Source: an uncultured bacterium
Lineage (GTDB): Bacteria > Acidobacteriota > HRBIN11 > JAKEFK01
Assembly: GCA_963777505.1 (NCBI GenBank)
Contig: CAVZQN010000008.1
Span: forward strand, 352,001-416,000
Direction: 5' to 3'
Length of the DNA: 64,000 bases
A program made the translations under genes and the position numbers. Shown piece by piece: positions 1 through 8,980 of this stretch (the first letter of the stretch is position 1; each line of letters starts with the position of its first letter). The notes under the pieces are model-generated. The model worked only from the letters and a program-made list of their open reading frames with translations. It was not told where the DNA came from and made no database searches.

Positions 1-345
1 AACTACATTGACGAGCTTGAAGAAGTCACTTACATGGGAAAAAACGGTGAAATAACGAAGACTTATATGCCGTTTTCAGAAACACATTTTCCACGTTCAA
101 AGTGGGCGCTTATTTATTGGGACGATATTGGAATGATTTTAGTTAAAAGAGATGGAGAAAATGCGAACTTGCTGCCTTTAGAATTCAAACACACCTACCC
201 CGAAGGATCTAATTATATGGAAGCGCTCGTCGCAAATGGACGCATCTCGCGTGAAACCGCACAAAATGAACTCAAGCGGAAATTGAATGAAGACCCTCAC
301 TGCAAACGAGCACAAATGTTGTTAGATACTATAACAAGCAAATGA
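1..345 (+). CDS. 3' part of a membrane-associated protein truncated by the window edge (possible GT-C/TPR-type glycosylation protein)
   Basis: Frame is open from base 1; WALIYWDD motif and helical C-terminus; stop overlaps next start (ATGA). Confidence 0.55.
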   Translation, partial: NYIDELEEVTYMGKNGEITKTYMPFSETHFPRSKWALIYWDDIGMILVKRDGENANLLPLEFKHTYPEGSNYMEALVANGRISRETAQNELKRKLNEDPHCKRAQMLLDTITSK

Positions 346-1343
346 AAAGAATTTTTCTGCTTCCCATTTTTTTGTTACTGCTAACTTCATGCAATTCATC
401 GAATAAATTAATCTGGCAATGGACACTCGAAAGCCGTTGTTATGCTCAGCCGATCATTGATGGCAAGAACGTTTATGTTGTATCCCAGTCAGGCGAAGTC
501 ATTTCAGGTGAGTACACAACAGGGAAAAAAAATTGGTCTATTAAGGCAAATGGACCGGTCTTAGGAGATCCGGATTTCGATCAAGACAAGGTATATGTTG
601 CCACTCAAAATGGATCCGTTCTTGCGTTAAAAAAAGGAAATGGAAGCGTAAGCTGGAGCGTCAATTTTCCGGAAGAACATTTCACAGCACCACTGACAGT
701 TGTAAAAGATATGGTTTTGGTTCCTTCAAGAACTGGCAACTTATATTCCCTTTCGGTTTCTGATGGCACCTTGCGTTGGAAACTTGAAGGAAACGCAAAA
801 TACAACACAAAAGCAATCTCGCAAGGTTCTCATCTTTTTATCGGAGGATGGGGACATGATTTTTATTGTTTAAATCTGGATGGTTCAATCAACTGGAGAT
901 ACAAAGCTTCGCATGTCATTGTTGAAAACGCAATGATCCATAAAAACACTGTTTATTTTACGGCACACGATCACTTTGTATACGCTTTGGACTTACAAAC
1001 AGGCCGTTTAAAGTGGCGTTTTCGAGCAGATCATCCAGATCCTACAGAAATGATATTGATTGGAAATGAAATCCTTTTTGGTTCAGCAGATGCAATCGAA
1101 GTCCTGGATCCTCAAACCGGAAAAAGGATTCGCCAAATAAAAGCCCAGCGAATTGTTGAACGCATCTACCCCTTGAACGACAAAGTTGTAATGGTTTCAA
1201 AAAACATCTACAAAATAGAACCAAAATCAGGAGCTATAGAAAAACTCATTTTAGACAAAGGCCCCTTTTTTAAGATCGCATTTACACCAGACCGATATAT
1301 CGTCTCCGATGAACTCTCGAGCATTTATGGTTATTCTTTCTGA
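342..1343 (+). CDS. PQQ-like beta-propeller repeat lipoprotein (BamB-like fold)
   Basis: Lipobox LLTS-C; repeated ALDxxTGxxxW propeller blades. Confidence 0.85.
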   Translation: MKRIFLLPIFLLLLTSCNSSNKLIWQWTLESRCYAQPIIDGKNVYVVSQSGEVISGEYTTGKKNWSIKANGPVLGDPDFDQDKVYVATQNGSVLALKKGNGSVSWSVNFPEEHFTAPLTVVKDMVLVPSRTGNLYSLSVSDGTLRWKLEGNAKYNTKAISQGSHLFIGGWGHDFYCLNLDGSINWRYKASHVIVENAMIHKNTVYFTAHDHFVYALDLQTGRLKWRFRADHPDPTEMILIGNEILFGSADAIEVLDPQTGKRIRQIKAQRIVERIYPLNDKVVMVSKNIYKIEPKSGAIEKLILDKGPFFKIAFTPDRYIVSDELSSIYGYSF

Positions 1344-1371
1344 CGACAAAAATGCTTCTTCAAAACAAAAA

Positions 1372-1392
1372 CTGTCAAAATCACTGTGACAG
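1372..1392. promoter_or_regulatory. Candidate enhancer (activator) site upstream of the sigma54 promoter
   Basis: CTGTCA-N9-TGACAG perfect inverted repeat about 120-140 nt upstream of the predicted transcription start. Confidence 0.5.
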
Positions 1393-1485
1393 AAAGTGGC
1401 AATTGGCCCACAAAGAAGCTCGGCTCGATTTTAGTAAGTGTTGAAAATAAGAGACTTACCTTGAATCGTTCAATCAGGTTTTGCA

Positions 1486-1501
1486 TGGCATTAAACTTGC
1501 T
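1486..1501 (+). promoter_or_regulatory. Sigma54 (-24/-12) promoter of the major pilin gene
   Basis: TGGCATTAAACTTGCT = GG-N10-GC consensus; SD AGGAGG at 1531-1536 before ATG 1541. Confidence 0.85.
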
Positions 1502-1540
1502 CATTCAGGGGTTGAAGCGAAAATACCACAAGGAGGTACA

Positions 1541-2005
1541 ATGAGAATTAGGCTGAACAAGAAGGGTTTTACCCTAATCGAGCTTCTTATCGTTGTGGCT
1601 ATTATCGGAATCATTGCTGCTATTGCGATTCCAAACCTGTTGAATGCAATTCAACGTGGAAAGCAAAAAAGAACAATGGCCGATATGAGAGCCATCGGAA
1701 CTGCAGTTGAAGCATTTGCCGTTGATAACAACCGTTATCCCGACAGCGCATCACCTGTCACAAACATTACAGATGACTTAGAGCCGGTATACATTAAAAA
1801 GTTGCCGGTAACTGATGGATGGGAAACAGCATTAGATTATGTTGCCTATCCCGCAACTGCGGCTCAAAGTTATTCATTACAGAGTGCCGGAAAGGATAAA
1901 ACCTTCGATTTCCCGTGCAACAAAGTAATTACGACAAACTTTAACAACGACATTTGCTTTTCTCAGGGCAGCTTTACTCAGTTCCCCGAAGGAATCCAGC
2001 AATAA
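1541..2005 (+). CDS. Type IV pilin / GspG-like prepilin (probable major pilin)
   Basis: KKG|FTLIELLIVVAIIGIIAAIAIP cleavage/methylation motif; DGW and SAGKD motifs; Cys pair; strong SD places the start at 1541. Confidence 0.9.
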   Translation: MRIRLNKKGFTLIELLIVVAIIGIIAAIAIPNLLNAIQRGKQKRTMADMRAIGTAVEAFAVDNNRYPDSASPVTNITDDLEPVYIKKLPVTDGWETALDYVAYPATAAQSYSLQSAGKDKTFDFPCNKVITTNFNNDICFSQGSFTQFPEGIQQ

Positions 2006-2009
2006 GTCT

Positions 2010-2049
2010 AAGTGGTCCTATCGAACTTAGTTCATAGGACCACTTTTTT
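2010..2049 (+). terminator. Rho-independent terminator after pilin 1
   Basis: AGTGGTCCTAT...ATAGGACCACT stem followed by a T-run. Confidence 0.85.
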
Positions 2050-2078
2050 ATTTTCTCTGGTCAGGGTATGGTAGTGTT

Positions 2079-2540
2079 ATGACGCTAAGGGGTCGGGGGC
2101 CAAATAGCAAGGGATTCACGCTTGTAGAATTACTGATTGTTGTAGCCATTATCGGCATTCTTGCGGCAATTGCGATACCAAATCTATTGGATGCACTTGA
2201 TCGTACCCGACAACGGGCAACAGTAGCAGAAATGAGAACATGGGGAATTGCATTAACGGAATATTTTTCACAAAAAAGTCTTTACCCTCCACCTAATGGA
2301 CCATTTCAAATTACTCCGGCGTTTCAAGCTACTCTTGTTCCATTTGCAATCAACACAGTAACGCTGGATGATGCTTGGGGATATAATTTTTGGTATGAGT
2401 CAGATCTGACAAGTTCCTTTACGTTTCGATCCTGCGGTAAAGACGGAATTTGTGGCCTGGGTGTAACTCCATCGACCTGGATTAATTACAATTTAGACAT
2501 CGTGATGAACGATGGATTTTTCGTTAACTCACCGAGCTAG
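2079..2540 (+). CDS. Second type IV pilin / GspG-like prepilin
   Basis: KG|FTLVELLIVVAIIGILAAIAIP; DAWG and SCGKDG motifs. Confidence 0.88.
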   Translation: MTLRGRGPNSKGFTLVELLIVVAIIGILAAIAIPNLLDALDRTRQRATVAEMRTWGIALTEYFSQKSLYPPPNGPFQITPAFQATLVPFAINTVTLDDAWGYNFWYESDLTSSFTFRSCGKDGICGLGVTPSTWINYNLDIVMNDGFFVNSPS

Positions 2541-4420
2541 TGCGTGTTTTTCTAAATCCAAAATACCTTCCTTTCTTCGTTCTCTTTGCACTCCTTCCAT
2601 TTTTTGAAGGGTTAAGAACTTCAACCGGACTTTTTCTAGTCCACTCACTCATCCTCGTTTCCTTTCTGTTTACAATTCTTTATTACAACAAGATTTGGAT
2701 GCCGCCATATCTCAGTGGCTTTATTCCATTTCTTGTAGTCCTGGTACTGAGCCTGTTTGTAGCGCCCTACAAATATTCAGCATTCTTAGATCTTTGGGAT
2801 TATTGGATGGCGGCTGTGTTTGCCATTTTGATGTATTCATTTTTGAAAGAAAATGAAGACAAAGCTGAAGAAGTCGCATTTAATGCTTTTTTGCTCTGTA
2901 TTATAGCGCTCGTCATTACCGTTTTATTTATTCCGAATATCAACAAAATACGTTGGAGGGGTTCATTTGTAAATCCGACGGATTTCGGAACATTTTGTCT
3001 CTTGTTATTTGTGTTTGGACTTTTCTGGTTCGAAAGAGCAAGCAGCGCTCACAAAAAAGTAATCACATCCCTCTGTCTTATCTTTTTAGTTGTATCTGTT
3101 GCGATGGCATCCTCACGGTCAGTTTTACTCGCAACCTCTGTGATACTTATTTACTATCTTTGGAAAAAACGCGCATCTCGTCTTATTTATGCTTTTCTAG
3201 CCATCGCATTGATTGGAAGTGCAGCGGTCGTATACATCAGGCTTTTTCATTATTCAGATCCATTTCAATATTACAGATTCAAGATCTGGAAACACTCACT
3301 TCAAGGAATTATGCAGGATCCCTATCTTGGAATAGGTCTGAATATGCTTCCCTATCGCGCAGGGCAGTTTAATTTTCCTGCCGAGCAAGAAGTCGGACGA
3401 TATTCACGAATTGCGACTTCGGCTGACAATCAATATTTTCAGATTCTGATTGAGACAGGATTTCTCGGATTTTTTCTATTTCTAATTGGCTGGATTGGGC
3501 TTTATTTTGGATTAAGAAAACTTCCACAAAGATTTCTTATCTTTCACGGCGCTTACTTTATAATCTCTATTATTTCTTTATTTTCGATTCCTTTAGAAAA
3601 CACCGCGGTCTTATTTCTCTTTTTGTTTCTGATTTTATTTCCATTTGTGTTCGATCCTGAAGCAAAATCTAGATTCTGGATTCCTGGAAACATATCAAAG
3701 ACTCTAATCACAATTGGTATCGTTGGGATCTTCATATTCGCCGTGTTTTGTCCTTACAAGGCGGATCAGGAATTCAATTCATACCTTCAGAGTCAAGATC
3801 CAAAAGAGGCTGAAAAACATCTTCGCACTGCACTCCGTTTGAATCCATTCCAGCCTTATTATCGGTTTGCTGTCGTCCGGAGAGTAGTCGATTCGCGTCC
3901 ACAACTATCAAACGATCAATGGGAAGGACTTGCTAAGCGAATGGACTCTTTGATTACACTCAATCCTCTGGAAGCTGAGTTTTACACTTATAAGGGAAGA
4001 ATTTTTCGGAATCTTTTAGACAAAACTTCCAGCCCAGGCCACTACAACAATGCGGTTGCCTCGTATCAGCTCGCGATTCAAAGAGTACCCTATAACGTTT
4101 TCTTACGAGCCGAATATGCATTCTTCGAGGTTAAGTCAGGACATCTTGATCGAGCGGAATTTGAATTGCATCAAATACTTAAACTCGAACCTGCGTTTTT
4201 AAATGCACGTTTATTACTTGCCGAGATCATGCTGAAACGCGGCGATGTTGAATCGGCAAGGAAACACTTTCTCGAAGAGGATCGATTACAAAAAAAGCAT
4301 GCAAATTTGAACTATTCTGTTGATGAACCTTATGTGCGAAAATTGATTCAGGTTGATGATTCCCACAAAGATAGAATTAAGAAGCTGATTTTTGATGCCT
4401 CAACATCTTCAACTCCCTAA
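2540..4420 (+). CDS. O-antigen ligase (Wzy_C) family membrane protein with C-terminal TPRs; probable pilin oligosaccharyltransferase
   Basis: Many TM helices; GSFVNP, SSRS, R..IW..S...I...P..GIG and ADNQYFQILIETG motifs; TPR-like tail; start overlaps pilin 2 stop. Confidence 0.8.
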   Translation: MRVFLNPKYLPFFVLFALLPFFEGLRTSTGLFLVHSLILVSFLFTILYYNKIWMPPYLSGFIPFLVVLVLSLFVAPYKYSAFLDLWDYWMAAVFAILMYSFLKENEDKAEEVAFNAFLLCIIALVITVLFIPNINKIRWRGSFVNPTDFGTFCLLLFVFGLFWFERASSAHKKVITSLCLIFLVVSVAMASSRSVLLATSVILIYYLWKKRASRLIYAFLAIALIGSAAVVYIRLFHYSDPFQYYRFKIWKHSLQGIMQDPYLGIGLNMLPYRAGQFNFPAEQEVGRYSRIATSADNQYFQILIETGFLGFFLFLIGWIGLYFGLRKLPQRFLIFHGAYFIISIISLFSIPLENTAVLFLFLFLILFPFVFDPEAKSRFWIPGNISKTLITIGIVGIFIFAVFCPYKADQEFNSYLQSQDPKEAEKHLRTALRLNPFQPYYRFAVVRRVVDSRPQLSNDQWEGLAKRMDSLITLNPLEAEFYTYKGRIFRNLLDKTSSPGHYNNAVASYQLAIQRVPYNVFLRAEYAFFEVKSGHLDRAEFELHQILKLEPAFLNARLLLAEIMLKRGDVESARKHFLEEDRLQKKHANLNYSVDEPYVRKLIQVDDSHKDRIKKLIFDASTSSTP

Positions 4421-4453
4421 CGCCCTCTTCAGAAAACGAAATAGAACAAAAGA

Positions 4454-5191
4454 ATGACCGCAACCGGCGAATCGATTTCTGTAGTAATTCCAGCTTTCAA
4501 TGAAGAAAAAAGAATTGAAGCGCCTGTTAACGGCGTAATTGAATATCTAAGCAGTCGTTTTGAAAAGTGGGAAGTAATTTACTCTGATGATGGCAGCACC
4601 GATGGTACGGTGGATAAACTGATTGGAATTCAGAAAAAGCATCCAGAGATTAAGATTATTCGAACAGATAAAAATCATGGCAAAGGATCTGCTGTAAGAA
4701 ATGGTATGAAAGCGGCCACTGGTGAGGTCGTTTTGTTTTCGGATACTGACTTCAGTACTCCGATTCAAGAGACAGACGCACTCCTTACGCATTTGAAAAA
4801 TGGTTATGATGTCGCGATAGGCAGTCGAGGTCTTCCGAGTTCCAGGGTTGAGATTCATCAAGCTATGCCTCGCGAAATAATGGGTAAGGTTTTCAATCGA
4901 ATTCTTAGAACGCTATTACCGCTGGAGTTTAAGGATACGCAGTGTGGCTTTAAGATTTTCAGCCGGAAGGCTGTCGACCTCATCCTGCCACGAATGAGCA
5001 TTAACGGTTTTGCATTTGATGTGGAAATATTGATCATTTCCCAGGTTAATAATCTCAGGATCATTGAAGTGCCCGTAATCTGGAGGAATGTCCTTGATAG
5101 CCGGGTACATCCAGTGCGAAATTCGCTCGAAATGTTGCGCGATGTGATGCAAATCCGTTCGAGACTGAATCACAATCTTTATTCACAGTGA
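4454..5191 (+). CDS. GT2 dolichyl/polyprenyl-phosphate beta-glucosyltransferase-like
   Basis: VIPAFNEE, DDGSTD, GKGSAVR, DTD, DTQCGFK and GFAFDVE motifs. Confidence 0.88.
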   Translation: MTATGESISVVIPAFNEEKRIEAPVNGVIEYLSSRFEKWEVIYSDDGSTDGTVDKLIGIQKKHPEIKIIRTDKNHGKGSAVRNGMKAATGEVVLFSDTDFSTPIQETDALLTHLKNGYDVAIGSRGLPSSRVEIHQAMPREIMGKVFNRILRTLLPLEFKDTQCGFKIFSRKAVDLILPRMSINGFAFDVEILIISQVNNLRIIEVPVIWRNVLDSRVHPVRNSLEMLRDVMQIRSRLNHNLYSQ

Positions 5192-5201
5192 GAGCTGTGT
5201 T

Positions 5202-5388
5202 TTATTTCAGGATGAAAATCTGAATGGAATTTTTTCCGGAGCGAAAAGATTCTTCAGGCACCATAATTGCAAACCCATGGTTGCTGCTATCCACTGGAAA
5301 CGTGCGAGCAGTTCCGCGAATTACTCCATTTACACCCGCTGCCAACCAAATGTCACCGGCTTTCGAACTGCCAGATTGAATCCTTCCC
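5202..5388 (-). pseudogene. Frameshifted C-terminal segment of the membrane sulfatase-like protein
   Basis: Removing one G at 5386-5388 joins PALISG to RIQSGSSKAGDIWLAAGVNGVIRGTART...SFRSGKNSIQIF. Confidence 0.6.
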
Positions 5389-7227
5389 TGATATAAGCGC
5401 AGGAACATATCCAGAGTCAGGGTTCACATCTTCAAAAAGTTGCGGAGAAGCGAGCGAATGGGATGCAGGTTGAAGGTCTTTCACGGAACGACCATATAAA
5501 TCTGGGAATTGTCTACAAAAGAAGAGTCCATTGAATGGACGATCGGTGCCGAAGTGCGATTGAATGGTTAAAGCATTGCCCGAAATGCCGAAATCACGAA
5601 AAGATTTAACCATACCTTTCTTGTCCATCCATTGATAAGCGTGTCGTTCAGCGCGAACCCGATAATTTTCATCAATTGCGGATTGTCCATCCACTTTCCA
5701 TGGAACTGAAATTTTTAGAGAAGCGGCAATGGAAGGTAAAATGTCGATCGTTTCTACAGGCAGATCACTGATTCTTCCTGAATTTTGATTTGGTTGTTTG
5801 ATGAACAAAGGTATTGAAAGAATGTCAGCTCGATTTGTGTCTGTTAGAGTTCTTCGCTGGTCTCCAAATTTAAAACTGATTCCATGATCCCCTGTTATAA
5901 CGATCACTGCTGAATCAAATAGATCAACCTCTTGAAGTCTTCGCATCAGGCGTCCAATTTCGTGATCCACGAGACCTGTCTGCAGCATATGACGTTGCAG
6001 TGCTCTCTGTGCAGTTACTTCATCGCCCCAATTTTCGCCGCGATCTTCCATCGTAGGCTGAGCGTAACGGGCGAAATTGTAATCGACACCCGATGGAAAA
6101 TATTGCCAGGGCCCATGAGGCAAGATTGTGTGTTTGAAGAATAATCCAGGCCTTTTGCTCTTCTTTATTTGAGAAATAAATAATTGTAGATTCTCATCGC
6201 GGCCCAGAACTTTATCACGTTTCGATTTCGTTGAGCTTCCTGACTCCCAAAAATTACTCCAGGTTTGTTGAATGGAAGGAAAATGTTGAGCATAAGATGG
6301 CGGCAAAACAGTTTGTAAAAGTACTGCGGCTGCATCGCTCAGCATACCTGCTTGATTATCAACAAGACTCGAATGTTCAACGCCGGCGCCTGCTTTTATT
6401 GGGTTCAATGAACTGACAACCTCTTGAATATTCATTTCATAAGTCTTGTTTAGAAGTGTGAAAAGGTTTTCCGGATGATCAAAAATTGTTGGAAGTGATT
6501 CTCGATTCGGGTATCGGCCCGTAAGCAAGGCAGTCACTGCTTCTTGAGTTCTGTCGCTTACGCTGCTTGCGCGTCTAAACCAGGTAGACGTTTCTGCAAG
6601 TTTGCAGAAATTTGGATATCTCTCACAATCAATGTTTCCTTCTTTATTCAGCAAAATGCTAAGAGGAAATTCATCGCAAATCAGGATTACAACCGGCGCT
6701 GTCGCGTCAATTTGGTAAACAGGTATTGCGGGACTTTTCGCAGAAACAACTTTCGAAATCGCTGGAGCCAGCAAAAACATCGCGGGCACAGCCACAATGG
6801 CAGGAAATAAGAAAACGAAAAATGATTTTATCGCAGGAATACGATTTCTCGCGATTACGATGAGTCCTCCAAAGATAATCGATAGGATCAACTTTACGGA
6901 ATCAGGCATCATCCTCATGTTTCGGGTGAATGCTAGAAAAAAGAGAGCGATAAGAGTGGCTATTAGAAACTCGTGAAAGTATTTCCTCGTCTTTGCGCTG
7001 AAGACGCCGATAATCAATTCGATAAACCACAGGCAAAGAGGAATCCCAATTGCAACAGCTGCAACAAACACGAACACTTCCAGGCTTGAGTTTCGGCGAA
7101 CGAGGAAAAATTCGGGACCTTTCGAAAGAACATTAAAAAGAGGCTGAGCGATCGCCAGGTTTGTTAACGCGAAGATTTCAATTGCGGCAGGAAACCAGGA
7201 TTCTTTGCCAGCCCGGTTCAGACTCAT
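5353..7227 (-). CDS. Membrane-anchored sulfatase / LTA-synthase-like (alkaline phosphatase superfamily) protein
   Basis: Five N-terminal TM helices; ILICDEF, Thr nucleophile region, LPHGPW, ITGDHG and IDILPSI motifs. Confidence 0.8.
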   Translation of the reverse strand: MSLNRAGKESWFPAAIEIFALTNLAIAQPLFNVLSKGPEFFLVRRNSSLEVFVFVAAVAIGIPLCLWFIELIIGVFSAKTRKYFHEFLIATLIALFFLAFTRNMRMMPDSVKLILSIIFGGLIVIARNRIPAIKSFFVFLFPAIVAVPAMFLLAPAISKVVSAKSPAIPVYQIDATAPVVILICDEFPLSILLNKEGNIDCERYPNFCKLAETSTWFRRASSVSDRTQEAVTALLTGRYPNRESLPTIFDHPENLFTLLNKTYEMNIQEVVSSLNPIKAGAGVEHSSLVDNQAGMLSDAAAVLLQTVLPPSYAQHFPSIQQTWSNFWESGSSTKSKRDKVLGRDENLQLFISQIKKSKRPGLFFKHTILPHGPWQYFPSGVDYNFARYAQPTMEDRGENWGDEVTAQRALQRHMLQTGLVDHEIGRLMRRLQEVDLFDSAVIVITGDHGISFKFGDQRRTLTDTNRADILSIPLFIKQPNQNSGRISDLPVETIDILPSIAASLKISVPWKVDGQSAIDENYRVRAERHAYQWMDKKGMVKSFRDFGISGNALTIQSHFGTDRPFNGLFFCRQFPDLYGRSVKDLQPASHSLASPQLFEDVNPDSGYVPALISGKDSIWQFESR

Positions 7228-7871
7228 TGAGCTTTGGGTTGGAGAAAAAATAAGACTCTAGTTTGGTTCGAGAGTTCTTCCCGAGCTTGAACATGAAAGT
7301 GAGCTGAAATTAGCTTTTCAAATATAGGAAGTGTGTATTCGGAATATTGATCATCCTTGTTACGGAGCAAGTGACGCACCATTGGATCTTCCTTCGTTGG
7401 AAATTCAATGATGATTGAAGCTCCTATTTCAGATAACCATCGGACAAACTCATCTAATGGTATGTTTGCGCTTATGACCATGTGATGGACCAGCGCAAGA
7501 CAAAGAATTAAGTCGGGCTTACCGCGCTCAATTAGTGATTTTCTTTCTTGTCCGCGCCATCCTAAACCAGGTGATGAATCAGCAAGGTTCATGACTAAAG
7601 GAAGAATGTTCGTAGACTTTTCTGCTTTCAACTGATGGTAGAGTCTTTCAACAGTTAGATGATCGGCATCCATTGCAACAACATAGTTTGAATTTTTTGC
7701 TGCAATTCTTGAAAATACCCCAACGTTGCAACCGAGATCCCAGACTAAATTCCAATGTTTCGATTCTGCAGCCTTGCGGACAAAATCAACTTTCTTGCTC
7801 TGATCTTCAGACGAATACGAATTATCACTGGCATAATCCGACCACTCAGATTTGCGCTCTTTTCCATTCAA
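7224..7871 (-). CDS. Class I SAM methyltransferase domain (C-terminal half of a frameshifted NoeA-like protein)
   Basis: WDLGCNVG motif I; LALVHH; joins the upstream ORF if one base is removed at 7860-7863. Confidence 0.75.
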   Translation of the reverse strand: MNGKERKSEWSDYASDNSYSSEDQSKKVDFVRKAAESKHWNLVWDLGCNVGVFSRIAAKNSNYVVAMDADHLTVERLYHQLKAEKSTNILPLVMNLADSSPGLGWRGQERKSLIERGKPDLILCLALVHHMVISANIPLDEFVRWLSEIGASIIIEFPTKEDPMVRHLLRNKDDQYSEYTLPIFEKLISAHFHVQAREELSNQTRVLFFLQPKAQ

Positions 7872-8652
7872 GTCTTTCTACAATTTTGCGGAGACCAAGT
7901 ATGTTTCTTCGGATCAACTCTTCACTAAATCCGACGGATTTTAGTTCCGATCGAACACTGGAGGGGTTGTTTCCATATTTGGTCTGAAGCTTGCCTTGAA
8001 GATAAGCGTGCATAAACACGCCACGCCGGAATAAATCTCTCAGACTGATCAAACGAGCAAAACTTTCAACAGGAATTCCGTCAATCGATCCGCGCATCCA
8101 TGAATGGTACGGAATTTCTTTGTAAGAAATCAGCAAGAGTGGAAACAGATACATTTCACAAAACTGTTTATAGCCGGTCCAGGGTTCTCCTTTTGAAAGT
8201 TGTTTGAATGAAAGGATGTCAATGAATACAGGATTCGCTCCTTTCCACTGGACATTGTATGGCGTTGCATCTTTGAGAATAAATCCTTCATGAAGCGATG
8301 CTGTCAGAAGTTCCAATTGCAGGATCGCAGCATTTTTAAGCATGCTGAATGTCCACTCATAGGGATACGAAACAAATGGAATTCTTTCATGCTTCAAAAC
8401 TCCAGCCCAATTTTCAGCAAAATCAAAATTCTTAAGAGCGTCATTTCCAATACGCTCGGTTGCAACCAATCTTCCTTGCGCCATCTGTTCTTTATAAAAC
8501 TTTGATTTCGACAGTGATTCCCAAATGGAAAGAGCTTCATTGGACAAGACTCTTAAAACAGAGTCTGAAGAATAAACGATTCGCCCGCTGCGATCACGAA
8601 AAGAACCTTCTTCAAATCGGGGGCTTTCTAAAGATTGATCGAGGTAGGTCAT
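7846..8652 (-). CDS. N-terminal kinase-like half of a NoeA-like methyltransferase
   Basis: SFRDRSG, SYPYEW, LKDATPYN and FIDILSF motifs characteristic of this family. Confidence 0.75.
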   Translation of the reverse strand: MTYLDQSLESPRFEEGSFRDRSGRIVYSSDSVLRVLSNEALSIWESLSKSKFYKEQMAQGRLVATERIGNDALKNFDFAENWAGVLKHERIPFVSYPYEWTFSMLKNAAILQLELLTASLHEGFILKDATPYNVQWKGANPVFIDILSFKQLSKGEPWTGYKQFCEMYLFPLLLISYKEIPYHSWMRGSIDGIPVESFARLISLRDLFRRGVFMHAYLQGKLQTKYGNNPSSVRSELKSVGFSEELIRRNILGLRKIVERLEWKRAQI

Positions 8653-8675
8653 GAAACGATAGCAGTCACGGAAGT

Positions 8676-8954
8676 TTAGCCTTCAGAACTGCTGGATGAT
8701 TCGGAGTCGTTTTTCTCAGGTAAATCGTCTTTCCGGATGCGAAGGACTGTTAGAATTCGATGCCACATTAACTTGATCACGACGGCAGCGGCTGCAACAC
8801 CGCCCAACAAAACCTGCAGCACCATACTTCCTGAACCTGGATCCAGATAAGCATGAGCCGGCGACGTCAGAAATAAAAAAATCCCTATTGCTATTAGAGC
8901 TACCTGCAACCCCTTCACGTCTCCAATAGTACCACGTAACCTGCCTGAAATCAA
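8676..8954 (-). CDS. Small membrane protein with AYLDPGSGS motif (start uncertain)
   Basis: Signal-like PAHA|YLDPGSGS followed by a hydrophobic helix; co-oriented with the methyltransferase and sulfatase. Confidence 0.7.
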   Translation of the reverse strand: MISGRLRGTIGDVKGLQVALIAIGIFLFLTSPAHAYLDPGSGSMVLQVLLGGVAAAAVVIKLMWHRILTVLRIRKDDLPEKNDSESSSSSEG

Positions 8955-8980
8955 TTGCTTCCGGGGGTAAGAGCCTGGAA

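Noticed and set aside
1481-1540. N-terminal extension of pilin 1 from TTG 1481
   Set aside because: It overlaps the sigma54 promoter; the strong SD supports ATG 1541.
1541-2540. Conductive e-pilin interpretation
   Set aside because: Both pilins lack aromatics at mature positions 24, 27 and 32 and have an aromatic-free gap of over 40 residues after Phe1, although pilin 2 is aromatic-rich distally.
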